DNA of 64,000 nt, taken from assembly GCA_963798975.1 (NCBI GenBank), contig CAWCVU010000006.1, forward strand, positions 34,682 to 98,681, written 5' to 3'. Within the stretch, counting starts at the first letter, position 1. Each line of letters begins with the position of its first letter. The notes below the pieces were generated by a model. The model did not search any database. It was not told the origin of the DNA and saw nothing but the letters and a program-made list of their open reading frames with translations. Made by a program: the position numbers and the translations under genes. This document shows, one piece after another, positions 40,223-49,425 of the stretch. Origin of the DNA: an uncultured Gammaproteobacteria bacterium. Lineage in GTDB: Bacteria > Pseudomonadota > Gammaproteobacteria > JABCZS01.

Positions 40223-42313
40223 ATGCGCAGTACTATAATTACCTTAGTTGGCTTGATTATACCTTGTATATATTCCGAGTTATTATACGCAAATCAAGAT
40301 GACCCCACGCCAGTTTTTACTTTAGATACAGTAGAAGTGACGGCTGATGCCATTGATGTAACCGGCACCGGTAATCGCATTGGCTTAGACCCCTTAGATA
40401 GCCCCTCATCCAGTACTGTCATAGACGATGAGGTCTTCGATGATCAACAAGCCACTAACGTAGATGATATTCTCAAAAACGATGCCAGCTTAAGCAATGA
40501 GGGTGGCTTTGGATCGCGATCTAATTTCCGATCCCGCGGCTTTAGTTTAGGCACTACAGGTAATTATTTACGTAATGGCTTAATGTATTTTTTTCTGGAT
40601 TCACCGGCCATTGAAATTATAGATCGTGTCGAAGTACTCAAGGGCCCTGCCTCATTTTTATATGGACCTGGATCGCCTGGTGGTATGATTAATTTTATAA
40701 CCAAAAAACCGCAAACAGAAGATTTTAATGAAGGCGGTGTACAAGCCGGTAGCTGGGATTATTATCGCGCCTATGCCGATCTTAATCAAAGTACAGAAAA
40801 TGCAAATTTTCGCACTAACCTTGCCGTGCAAGATAGCAATAGTTTCCGCGATGTTTATTATCAAGATCGGGAATTATTTGACATGAGTATCGATGGCGAA
40901 TCTTTTGCAAATACCGATACTTGGTTTAATTTCAACGTGCAAAACAGTGATCAACCGCAAGATACCGGTTTAGTGGCAGTCGGTGATGAAGTCGCCGATT
41001 TGTCACGTTCCGCCTATTTAAACCAAGATTGGAGCAAAACCGATCAAACTTCAGTGAATACCTTTTTGGATTCATATACAGATTTAAATAATGACTGGAC
41101 GCTTCATCATGCATTGTTTTATCAATACGTGACCCGTGATAGAATTTTAAGTAATCTACTCTTGAGCAGTGAAGACAACGGTGATTTTAGATATAATATT
41201 TACCGTCGTATTGATGTATGGAATTATTATAACGCCCTTGCTGAAACGATGACGACTAAAGATATATTTGGGTTTGAGCAAAAATTATTATTTGGAACAA
41301 CTTATTCTATTATGGATCACGGTGCTAAAGAAACCACGCCTATCGTGACTCAAACGTATAGTATTTATGATATACCCACATTAGCAGAACCTGACTTTGG
41401 TGAATTTGAAGATCCCATGAATATATTAACCCACAATTTTGGGTTTTATGCACAAGATGTCGTGCAACTGCATCCACAATGGGAAGCCATAGTGGGTGCA
41501 CGATTTGATACTTATCAGTCTGATTCATCGACACTCACTAACAGCAGTGAGCAACATACCAGCCCTCATTTAGCCTTAGTATACAAACCTTTATATTTTT
41601 GGAGTACGTATGCCAGCTACAGTGAAGGTTTTGAATTTAATGAACCGGTCAGTGATAGCAATGCTGTTAATTTTGGTGAAGCTTTGGATCCCACTTTATC
41701 AGAACAAGTGGAACTTGGCACCAAAATGGAATTATTTGATTCACGTTTACTATTATCAGCCGCTTTATTTGATATCCTTCGTTATAATCAACCCGTCACC
41801 GAAGAAATAGGCGCGGATGATTCAAATGAAGTAATCGTCGTACAACGCGGCGAGCAACATCACCAGGGTTTAGAATTAGGCGCACAAGGTACAGTTTATG
41901 ATCATTGGACTTTATTGGGTACTTTAATGTGGATAGATGCCAAATTTTCAAAAGGCAATGATCCTGACATAGAAGGTAATCAACCCGCCGCAGTACCAAA
42001 AATTGCAGCAACCCTCTGGGGCGAGTATCGTTTTGATCAAGGGGAATTCAATAATTTTGCATTAAACAGCGGCATTTTTTATGAAGGTGAACGCTTTGGC
42101 GATGATCAAAATACGTTTGTGTTAGACCCTTACTCCCGCATCGATGCAGGCGCAGTTTATTATTATCCGATTACAGAAAATAAAAAAGAATTAGCAATCA
42201 GATTAACCGTAGAAAATATCACAGACGTCACTTACTTTTATGGATACCGAAGAACAAACGTAACCGTAGGAAGTCCAAGAAGCGTCTGGCTCACCCTAGA
42301 ACTTCTAAATTAA
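40223..42313 (+). CDS. TonB-dependent (siderophore-type) outer-membrane receptor
   Basis: Signal peptide, TonB-box-like DTVEVTA, plug domain (VEVLKGPASFLYGPGSPGGMINFITKKP) and a 22-strand-type barrel ending ...SPRSVWLTLELLN. The track ORF starts at the TTG at 40214; the ATG is at 40223. Confidence 0.9.
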   Translation: MRSTIITLVGLIIPCIYSELLYANQDDPTPVFTLDTVEVTADAIDVTGTGNRIGLDPLDSPSSSTVIDDEVFDDQQATNVDDILKNDASLSNEGGFGSRSNFRSRGFSLGTTGNYLRNGLMYFFLDSPAIEIIDRVEVLKGPASFLYGPGSPGGMINFITKKPQTEDFNEGGVQAGSWDYYRAYADLNQSTENANFRTNLAVQDSNSFRDVYYQDRELFDMSIDGESFANTDTWFNFNVQNSDQPQDTGLVAVGDEVADLSRSAYLNQDWSKTDQTSVNTFLDSYTDLNNDWTLHHALFYQYVTRDRILSNLLLSSEDNGDFRYNIYRRIDVWNYYNALAETMTTKDIFGFEQKLLFGTTYSIMDHGAKETTPIVTQTYSIYDIPTLAEPDFGEFEDPMNILTHNFGFYAQDVVQLHPQWEAIVGARFDTYQSDSSTLTNSSEQHTSPHLALVYKPLYFWSTYASYSEGFEFNEPVSDSNAVNFGEALDPTLSEQVELGTKMELFDSRLLLSAALFDILRYNQPVTEEIGADDSNEVIVVQRGEQHHQGLELGAQGTVYDHWTLLGTLMWIDAKFSKGNDPDIEGNQPAAVPKIAATLWGEYRFDQGEFNNFALNSGIFYEGERFGDDQNTFVLDPYSRIDAGAVYYYPITENKKELAIRLTVENITDVTYFYGYRRTNVTVGSPRSVWLTLELLN

Positions 42314-42315
42314 GC

Positions 42316-42597
42316 TTACGCAAAACCCACAAAACCCTTTCCATGCGGGTGGCCGGAGGTTGCTTTTATGCGCGCAGCCTGCGAGCACATAAAAACAACC
42401 GCAGGACAGGCCCTGCATGGACGGATCTAACGTTTTGCGTAAACAATTTAAACCAACAACGCACAAAACCCTTTCCATGCGGGTGGCCGGAGGTTGCTTT
42501 TATGCGCGCAGCCTGCGAGCACATAAAAACAACCGCAGGACAGGCCCTGCATGGACGGATCTAACGTTTTGCGTAAACAATTTAAGCCAACAACGCA
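42316..42597. repeat. two head-to-tail copies (134-bp period) of a 127-bp MITE-like hairpin element
   Basis: Copy 1 spans 42316..42442 and is bounded by TTACGCAAAAC / GTTTTGCGTAA inverted repeats. It has an internal imperfect palindrome (gcttttatgcgcgcagc/ctgcgagcacataaaaac). About 110 bp (42341.. versus 42475..) is identical between the copies by eye. Confidence 0.8.
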
Positions 42598-43226
42598 CAA
42601 ATCTGCCGCTGTATCATATCCGCATCCCCCACCCCAGAAATCGTATGAAACTCTGGCACATGACTTCCCACTAAACTTTGATAATACAAAACCAAAGCCT
42701 GGGTCTGATCACGATAAACTTGTAAACGTTTACGTATCGTCTGCTCCTGATCATCTTCTCTTTGAACCAAATCATCCCCAGTCTCATCATCTTTGTCCGC
42801 AACCTTAGGCGGATTAAAATCCGTATGATAAATGCGACCTGAAGCTAAATGAATCCGTCGTCCACTTAAACGATGAATAATTTCTTCATCGGACACTTGA
42901 ATTTCTATCACTTGATCAATAGTCACTGCATTGTCTTGCAAAGCTTGCGCTTGGGCTATCGTTCGCGGAAAACCATCAAATATAAATCCTTTCATACAAT
43001 CTGCTTGATGGATCCGATCCACGGCTAATCCAATAATGACCTCATCAGGAACAAGATGCCCAGCATCCATAAATGATTTAGCTTTTTGCCCCAAGGGACT
43101 TTGCGCTTGCACCGCCGCACGCAACATATCACCTGTTGCAATTTTAGGTATACCCAAAGCTTGCGATAATAAACTCGCCTGAGTACCCTTACCCACACCC
43201 GGGGCACCTAATAATATAATACGCAT
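42582..43226 (-). CDS. adk: adenylate kinase
   Basis: 214 aa, [18 protein letters not shown]-loop, LID region. Confidence 0.95.
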   Translation of the reverse strand: MRIILLGAPGVGKGTQASLLSQALGIPKIATGDMLRAAVQAQSPLGQKAKSFMDAGHLVPDEVIIGLAVDRIHQADCMKGFIFDGFPRTIAQAQALQDNAVTIDQVIEIQVSDEEIIHRLSGRRIHLASGRIYHTDFNPPKVADKDDETGDDLVQREDDQEQTIRKRLQVYRDQTQALVLYYQSLVGSHVPEFHTISGVGDADMIQRQICALLA

Positions 43227-43227
43227 A

Positions 43228-45390
43228 TTAACTCCTATTTTTTGCTTCTTGATAACGACTTGCGCTAATTACATTGGGAATACTATTAATTCTATCTAAT
43301 AATCGCCCTAAAGTGGTGATATCAATAATTTGTATCATGATATCTAATAATATCGTTTGACGCGCAAAATTGACATGGGATTGCAAAGCACTGAGCGCAA
43401 TTTTTTCAGTGGATAATAAACTGGTGATATCACGCAATAAATCTGGTCTATCAAAAGCTTCCACATGTACGCTCACCGAATAAGTACGTGTTTGATTCAA
43501 GCGTCCCCAGTCAACTTGCACTAAACGTTCTGCGTGACTTTCTTCAAACTGAAATATATTTGCACAATTTTTACGATGAATACTCACCCCACGGCCTACA
43601 GTAATATAGCCTATGATGGGATCCCCTGGCACCGGATGACAACATTTTGCTAATTGCGTTAATAAATTGCCTACACCATTAATGGTAATATCAGCAGCTT
43701 GTTCCGGCTTAAAATGACTTATTTTAGCTGGACGCTCAGGCATTAACGATTGCAATGAAATACCCGCAGCATTTAATAATTGATTAAAACCAATATCCCC
43801 ACGACCCACAGCTGCAAATATTTCATCACCTTGTTTAAAATTAAATTTTTCTGCCAAAGCCTCATAATCCAGAGGCTTGATTGATAAACGCTCTAATTCA
43901 CGTTCGATTAATACTTTACCCGAATGGATGCTGTGTTCTCGATTTTGTTGTCTAAACCAAACTTGTATTTTACTACGTGCACGCGGCGTAAAAACATAAC
44001 CTAATTCTTGATTCAACCAATCTCGGCTGGGTTTACTTTCTTTAGTGGTTAAGATATCGACTTGATCGCCCGTTTTTAATTTATAAGTTAATGGAACGAT
44101 ATGGCCATTAATTTTAGCACCTCGACAACGATGGCCAATAGAAGTATGTACTTGATAAGCAAAATCAAGTGGTGTTGCACCCATAGGTAAATCAACGATA
44201 TCGCCTTTAGGGGTTAGGGCATAAATATGTTCTTCAATGATATTGCTATGTAGCGCATCCATTAATTCATCAGCATCAGCCGCTTCTTCTTGCCATTCTA
44301 ATAATTGTCGCAACCAAGCTAGTTTTTGTTCATAACTCGCATCATGTTTTACGCCTTCTTTGTAACGCCAATGTGAAGCAACCCCCAACTCCGATTCCTC
44401 ATGCATTTTTTTTGTTCTGATTTGTACTTCAACAGCCCTACCTTGCGGACCCATGACTGCAGTATGCAAAGAGCGATAACCATTTTCTTTAGGTCGCGCA
44501 ATATAATCATCAAATTCTTTAGGAATATGTTGCCATAAACGATGCACCGTACCTAAGGCTGCATAACAATCTTTGAGTTCATCCACCAAAATGCGCACAG
44601 CACGGACATCATATATTTCACTATAATCCAGCTGTTTTTTCTGCATTTTTCGCCAAATGCTATAAATGTGTTTCACCCGACCTTCGACTTGTGCTTGGAT
44701 TCCATCATCAATCAGTGCGCCATTGAGTTCGTTTAAAATATTTTCAATGTAAGCTTCCCGAGCCAAACGTTTTTCATCTAATAAGCGAGCAATATGTTTA
44801 TAGGCATCAGGCTGCAAATAACGAAACGCTAAATCTTCTAATTCCCATTTGATTTGGCCCACACCTAAACGATTGGCTAAGGGCGCATAAATATTCATGG
44901 TTTGGGTGGCAATTGCACGTTGAGTATTCAGATCTTTATCTCGTAAATGCCGCATCACATAGACTCTTTCGGCCAATTTAATTAATACGACCCGCACATC
45001 TTCAACCATCGCGAGTAACATTCTGCGTAAACTATTGAGTTGCTCTTGACGCTGATGCGAAGATGGGCTCAGGGAACCAATGGCATCCATTTGAATAACA
45101 CCTTGAATCAAGCCCACTATCTGCTCTGAAAAATTTTCGATCAAGGTTTCAGGTTTTATTTTTAAAGCGCAAACGGTTGGGAAAATAATGGCAGCCACCA
45201 TGGCTTGAGCATCCATATTTAAATCGGCTAATAAATCTGCCATAACCAGACCTTGGCTTAATAATTGTGCATCTAATCCATGATGTTGCTCAACCCATAC
45301 TAGGGCATGCTCTAAAGCTGGCTTTTTTTCAACTGCACAATTTTCTAACCAGGTTTGTGCATCTAATGTTACTTTTTTAAGTTGAACCAT
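43228..45390 (-). CDS. relA: GTP pyrophosphokinase ((p)ppGpp synthetase I) RelA
   Basis: 720-aa RelA/SpoT family ORF with a degenerate HD-like N-terminus, a synthetase domain (YRSLHTAV), and TGS and ACT domains. The rlmD-relA synteny matches E. coli. Confidence 0.85.
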   Translation of the reverse strand: MVQLKKVTLDAQTWLENCAVEKKPALEHALVWVEQHHGLDAQLLSQGLVMADLLADLNMDAQAMVAAIIFPTVCALKIKPETLIENFSEQIVGLIQGVIQMDAIGSLSPSSHQRQEQLNSLRRMLLAMVEDVRVVLIKLAERVYVMRHLRDKDLNTQRAIATQTMNIYAPLANRLGVGQIKWELEDLAFRYLQPDAYKHIARLLDEKRLAREAYIENILNELNGALIDDGIQAQVEGRVKHIYSIWRKMQKKQLDYSEIYDVRAVRILVDELKDCYAALGTVHRLWQHIPKEFDDYIARPKENGYRSLHTAVMGPQGRAVEVQIRTKKMHEESELGVASHWRYKEGVKHDASYEQKLAWLRQLLEWQEEAADADELMDALHSNIIEEHIYALTPKGDIVDLPMGATPLDFAYQVHTSIGHRCRGAKINGHIVPLTYKLKTGDQVDILTTKESKPSRDWLNQELGYVFTPRARSKIQVWFRQQNREHSIHSGKVLIERELERLSIKPLDYEALAEKFNFKQGDEIFAAVGRGDIGFNQLLNAAGISLQSLMPERPAKISHFKPEQAADITINGVGNLLTQLAKCCHPVPGDPIIGYITVGRGVSIHRKNCANIFQFEESHAERLVQVDWGRLNQTRTYSVSVHVEAFDRPDLLRDITSLLSTEKIALSALQSHVNFARQTILLDIMIQIIDITTLGRLLDRINSIPNVISASRYQEAKNRS

Positions 45391-45396
45391 AGTGAC

Positions 45397-46677
45397 CTAC
45401 TTTTGTTTAACAAACACGGCCATGGATTCGGCATGCATGGTATGAGGGAACATATCAATCACACCGGCTGCTTCTAATTGATAACCTTGCTCTAAAATAA
45501 CTTGGGTATCACGCGCCAGTGTCGCCAGATGACAAGAAATATAAACAATTTTTTTAGCATGGAAACGTTTTATTTGTTGCGCTATTTCAAGTGCGCCAGC
45601 GCGCGGCGGGTCCAAAAGCAATTTATCATAAGTATGCACCCAGGGTTGATAATCAAGGGGTTTAAATAAATCAAAGGTAAAGCCCTCCACATTATCTAAA
45701 TTATTAAATTGCGCATTATTGAGTAATTGCTTAACCATTTGCGCACTGCCTTCAACACCTACAACCTGAGCTGCACGTTTAGCGAGAGGTAAAGTAAAAT
45801 TACCTAAACCACAAAACAAATCCAAGACTTGATCACTTGGATTTACATCCAATTGTAATAATGCGGCTTGGACCATTTGTTGATTAATCGTTGTATTGAC
45901 TTGAGTAAAGTCTAAGGGATTAAATTTAAAAATGATATTATCATTGACATAAGATAAGTCGGACTGGCTCGGCCAAATTAAATGTACAGTTTCAGGACCT
46001 TTAGGTTGTAAATAAATATGAATATTACTTTCTTTGCCATAATTAATTAAAACCTGATGATCATTTTCTGTTAAAGGTTCAAGGTGGCGAATAATTAAAG
46101 CGATGACTTCATCTCCGGCCGACAATTCAACTTGAGCGATGCTGCGATAATTAGATAATTGCATCAAGGCTACGCGTAAAGGTTCAAACGAATCCCCTAC
46201 TTGCGGCAATAATACCTTACAGGTTGTGAGATCAGCTAAATAACGATTATTTTGCTCACGAAACCCTATTAATAATTTATCTTTTTTATCCACGAATTTA
46301 ACACCCAGCCGTGCTTTGCGGCGATAACCTTCTGTGGGTGCTTGTATCGGGGCCAGTAGGGTTTTGGGAACCACTTTGGCGATATGCTTTAATTGTTCTA
46401 ATAATACATTTTGTTTTAATGTTATCTGTGCATCACTGGACATGTGTTGCAAAGAACAACCACCACACATTAAAAAATGTGGACATACTGGATTTCTGCG
46501 ATCCTCTGAAGCACTTAAAATTTCTAGCGCCCTAGCTTCATCATAACGTCTGTGTTGTTTGCTACGTTGGGCGATGACGACTTCACCTGGCAGTGCATTA
46601 CTTACAAATACTGTTTTACCTTCGTGATGCGCTACGCCTAAACCTTGGTGATTTAATGATTCTATCGTTAATTGCAT
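45397..46677 (-). CDS. rlmD: 23S rRNA (uracil1939-C5)-methyltransferase RlmD (RumA)
   Basis: 426 aa with a TRAM domain, the Fe-S cysteines CPHFLMCGGCSLQH, the SAM-binding DLFCGLGNF and the catalytic YISCHLATLARD. Confidence 0.9.
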   Translation of the reverse strand: MQLTIESLNHQGLGVAHHEGKTVFVSNALPGEVVIAQRSKQHRRYDEARALEILSASEDRRNPVCPHFLMCGGCSLQHMSSDAQITLKQNVLLEQLKHIAKVVPKTLLAPIQAPTEGYRRKARLGVKFVDKKDKLLIGFREQNNRYLADLTTCKVLLPQVGDSFEPLRVALMQLSNYRSIAQVELSAGDEVIALIIRHLEPLTENDHQVLINYGKESNIHIYLQPKGPETVHLIWPSQSDLSYVNDNIIFKFNPLDFTQVNTTINQQMVQAALLQLDVNPSDQVLDLFCGLGNFTLPLAKRAAQVVGVEGSAQMVKQLLNNAQFNNLDNVEGFTFDLFKPLDYQPWVHTYDKLLLDPPRAGALEIAQQIKRFHAKKIVYISCHLATLARDTQVILEQGYQLEAAGVIDMFPHTMHAESMAVFVKQK

Positions 46678-47451
46678 TTAAGCACCCCAAGCTTTTAAAA
46701 ATTCATCTAAATGTGGTTTTTGCTCTGCGCTTAAGCTCTCACGTAACACTGATTTTGTTTGTGCCAGATCCTCAACACTGATTTGCCCGCGCATCAGCTC
46801 AAATTGCAAATAAACTAAATAGGTATTAATCACATCCGTTTCACAATAATTGCGAATCTGTGCAATTTCGCCCCTTTGATAAGCGGGCCAAACATCTTGT
46901 CCGGACATACCCATTTTGCCAGGACAGCCTAACATCATAGCGATTTCTGTTAAGGGCGCATTTGCTCTGCCCGTATAACCGGCCAAAACGTCCATTAAAT
47001 CAAGGTGTCGGTAATGATAACGATTAAGGTAATTATTCCAGCGAAATGAAGAGTCACTTTCGCCTACTTCCCAATAACGAGGTGCTGCGATGCCATGCAA
47101 TAAAGTCCGATAATGCAAAACGGGTAAGTCAAAGCCCGTGCCATTCCAAGAAACTAGGGTTGGCGTATATTGTTCTAAGCCTTTAAAAAATCGATTAATA
47201 AGCTCAGCTTCATCGGATGATTCATCACCTAAAGACCAGACTTTAACACGATTATTTGTCGCTAATACTACGGAGATCGCAACAATTCGCTGCAAATGTA
47301 AGGGAAGAAAATCCCGTTGGGTCTGCGCACGGGCTTTAGCAAACATGGCTTGGGCCACTTGCTCATCATCACAACCTTTCAGTTGATGCAAGACGCGCCC
47401 GCTTTGTGTATCAGGGATGGTTTCAATATCAAAGACAAATATATTATTCAT
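46678..47451 (-). CDS. predicted 3'-5' exonuclease (RNase H-like / PolB-exo-like fold)
   Basis: 257 aa, N-terminal FVFDIETIPD (Exo I-type DxE). The family assignment is from memory of COG3298-like proteins. Confidence 0.6.
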   Translation of the reverse strand: MNNIFVFDIETIPDTQSGRVLHQLKGCDDEQVAQAMFAKARAQTQRDFLPLHLQRIVAISVVLATNNRVKVWSLGDESSDEAELINRFFKGLEQYTPTLVSWNGTGFDLPVLHYRTLLHGIAAPRYWEVGESDSSFRWNNYLNRYHYRHLDLMDVLAGYTGRANAPLTEIAMMLGCPGKMGMSGQDVWPAYQRGEIAQIRNYCETDVINTYLVYLQFELMRGQISVEDLAQTKSVLRESLSAEQKPHLDEFLKAWGA

Positions 47452-47540
47452 AAAGGTCCACAGCCAAAAGGGCTTATTGTATCATGATTTTTTTTGACAA
47501 CTAATTGATATATCATGTACTATCGCCAAAATAAGCATAA

Positions 47541-47969
47541 ATGACTAAATCAACTCTAAAAATGCAGGAAGCAGCCATGTCACAACCCTATTTTGATACA
47601 CAAAAGTATGCTAGACTTTTAGTTCAGTATGAATTTTCTCATAACCAAGTAGAGGGCCTTATGAGCGCGCAAATACTTGTTTTGCAATCAACCTTAGATA
47701 AAATAGTCACCCACGCTGATTTACAGCGTAGCGCATACGCGCTACGACTGGAATTAAAAGACAGCGAACATAGGCTTGACGCTAAAATTACTGAAGTAAA
47801 GCATCAGCTCGAGACCCAGATCATGGCGCTTGATAGCAAAATCACAAAAGTCGATGCGCGAATCACACAATCAAATAGTGAGCTCAAGTCCTATACCTTA
47901 AAAAATACCTTGGCTACTATCACCACCATGGCGGGCTTATTTATTGGATATGCGGCACTAGACATATAA
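47541..47969 (+). CDS. coiled-coil protein with C-terminal TM anchor (DUF1640-like)
   Basis: 142 aa, heptad-rich (LRLELKDSEHRLDAKITEVKHQLETQIMALDSKITKVDARI), C-terminal TLATITTMAGLFIGYAAL. The true start may be the internal Met (MSQPYF). Confidence 0.45.
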   Translation: MTKSTLKMQEAAMSQPYFDTQKYARLLVQYEFSHNQVEGLMSAQILVLQSTLDKIVTHADLQRSAYALRLELKDSEHRLDAKITEVKHQLETQIMALDSKITKVDARITQSNSELKSYTLKNTLATITTMAGLFIGYAALDI

Positions 47970-48035
47970 GAGTTCTTGACAAATTGAGTAAAAATCAACA
48001 CAATAGCCCTTTTAATGTTAATCCAAGGAGTCAAT

Positions 48036-48308
48036 GTGGCCAATTCAGCTCAAGCTAAGAAACGTGCGATACAAAATGAGAAAACCCGTCTGCATAATGC
48101 CAGTCGCAGATCTATGTTGCGCACCTTAATTAAGAAGGTTCGTAAAGCTATAGCAACTTTAGACCAAGCCGCTGCCAATGCTGCATTTCGTGCCGCACAA
48201 CCGATCATCGATCGCTTAGCTGCAAAAAGATTGATCCACAAAAACGCTGCTGCGCGTTATAAAAGTCGTTTGAACGCAAAAATTAAAGCCTTAAGTCCAC
48301 AAGCATAA
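48036..48308 (+). CDS. rpsT: 30S ribosomal protein S20
   Basis: GTG start at 48036 preceded by AGGAG: (M)[29 protein letters not shown]... Confidence 0.9.
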   Translation: MANSAQAKKRAIQNEKTRLHNASRRSMLRTLIKKVRKAIATLDQAAANAAFRAAQPIIDRLAAKRLIHKNAAARYKSRLNAKIKALSPQA

Positions 48309-48489
48309 AACCCATTGATCATTAACTTTCCTAGATGCTACGCTTTATGCACAGCATCTAGGTTATCTCAACAATACATTTTAATTTTATAGCAAATCTC
48401 TTACAAAACATTACGAGATCTGCTGTTTTATTTTCTTTAATAAAGAATTAATATCACCATTGTCAATCTCCAACTACAATTGGAATTTA

Positions 48490-48519
48490 CACCCCGAAAC
48501 TTCGGGGTGTTTTTTTTTG
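48490..48519 (+). terminator. rho-independent terminator about 180 nt downstream of rpsT
   Basis: caccccgaa ac ttcggggtg followed by T9. Confidence 0.7.
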
Positions 48520-48531
48520 TACATTTTTTAT

Positions 48532-49425
48532 TTATTCATTTAATATACCGTGGGGCACATGTCCCGATGTAACGTGATCTTGCGCTGCTTGTATATGTGC
48601 AGGATGATCATCAAAAAAAACATCTGCACAAAAAGCGCGCAAAAACTCGCTCTTATTCAATCCACCTAAGAATAAAGCCTCATCTAAACGAATGTTCCAC
48701 GCTCTAAGGGTGCGAATCACACGTTCATGTGCCGGTGCACTGCGTGCAGTAACAAGCGCGGTACGTATCGGTGAATCTTGCGCAGGAAATAAACTTTGAA
48801 TATGCGCCAATTGCGCTAAGACTGGTTTAAAGGGACCGCCTGATAAAGGTTTATTTGCACTTTTAATTTCATTATCGTTAAACGCTTCCAAACTGTGCTC
48901 TTGATAAATACGTTCCGATTCATCAGAAAATAAAACGGCATCACCATCAAAGGCGATACGCAATTGCTGAGATTTATTGGCATTAGATTGCGATGAAACG
49001 ATAGTGGCTGCCGCAAATCCTGCTTGCAAAGCCGCACGGACATCACGTGGATCAGCAGATAAAAATAAATGCGTACCAAAAGCAGGCACATAGGGAAAAG
49101 GTGTTTGTCCGCTGGTAAATACAGCGCGAGTAATAGTTAAGTCATAATGTTTAATTGAATTAAATACACGTAAGCCCGTATCCGCACTATTACGTGATAA
49201 TAAAACAATTTCAACTAAGGGTTTAGCTTGTCCTTGATTCAAATTTAATAATTTAGTGACTAAATGAAACGCTGAACCTGGTTTTAAAGGATCATTTTCA
49301 TGGGTAATTTGATACGCTTGATAGGCATTCACACCTTGCGCTTCATAAATCGCATGCGATTCTTCCAAATTGAATAAAGCCCTTGAAGAAATAGCGACCA
49401 CTAAGGCATGATTTAACTGTTGCAT
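48532..49425 (-). CDS. 5'-nucleotidase family protein (HAD-like, cN-II-type bacterial family)
   Basis: About 297 aa. ALVVAISSRALFNLEES and RIAFDGDAVLFSDESE resemble the gammaproteobacterial 5'-nucleotidase family. The start overlaps the addA stop. Confidence 0.6.
   Translation of the reverse strand: MQQLNHALVVAISSRALFNLEESHAIYEAQGVNAYQAYQITHENDPLKPGSAFHLVTKLLNLNQGQAKPLVEIVLLSRNSADTGLRVFNSIKHYDLTITRAVFTSGQTPFPYVPAFGTHLFLSADPRDVRAALQAGFAAATIVSSQSNANKSQQLRIAFDGDAVLFSDESERIYQEHSLEAFNDNEIKSANKPLSGGPFKPVLAQLAHIQSLFPAQDSPIRTALVTARSAPAHERVIRTLRAWNIRLDEALFLGGLNKSEFLRAFCADVFFDDHPAHIQAAQDHVTSGHVPHGILNE

Noticed and set aside
42316-42597. Regularly spaced direct repeats that might be a CRISPR array
   Set aside because: There are only two units. 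The repeat unit is about 127-134 bp, far longer than CRISPR repeats, and no unique spacers separate the copies. The unit has terminal inverted repeats and a third, inverted copy at 55849..55975, which fits a MITE/REP-like element. No cas genes lie nearby.
42343-42808. Three overlapping 73-85-aa plus-strand ORFs (42343..42564, 42417..42674, 42551..42808)
   Set aside because: They are encoded by the tandem repeat element and by the antisense strand of the adk 3' end. Their near-identical peptides simply reflect the DNA duplication.
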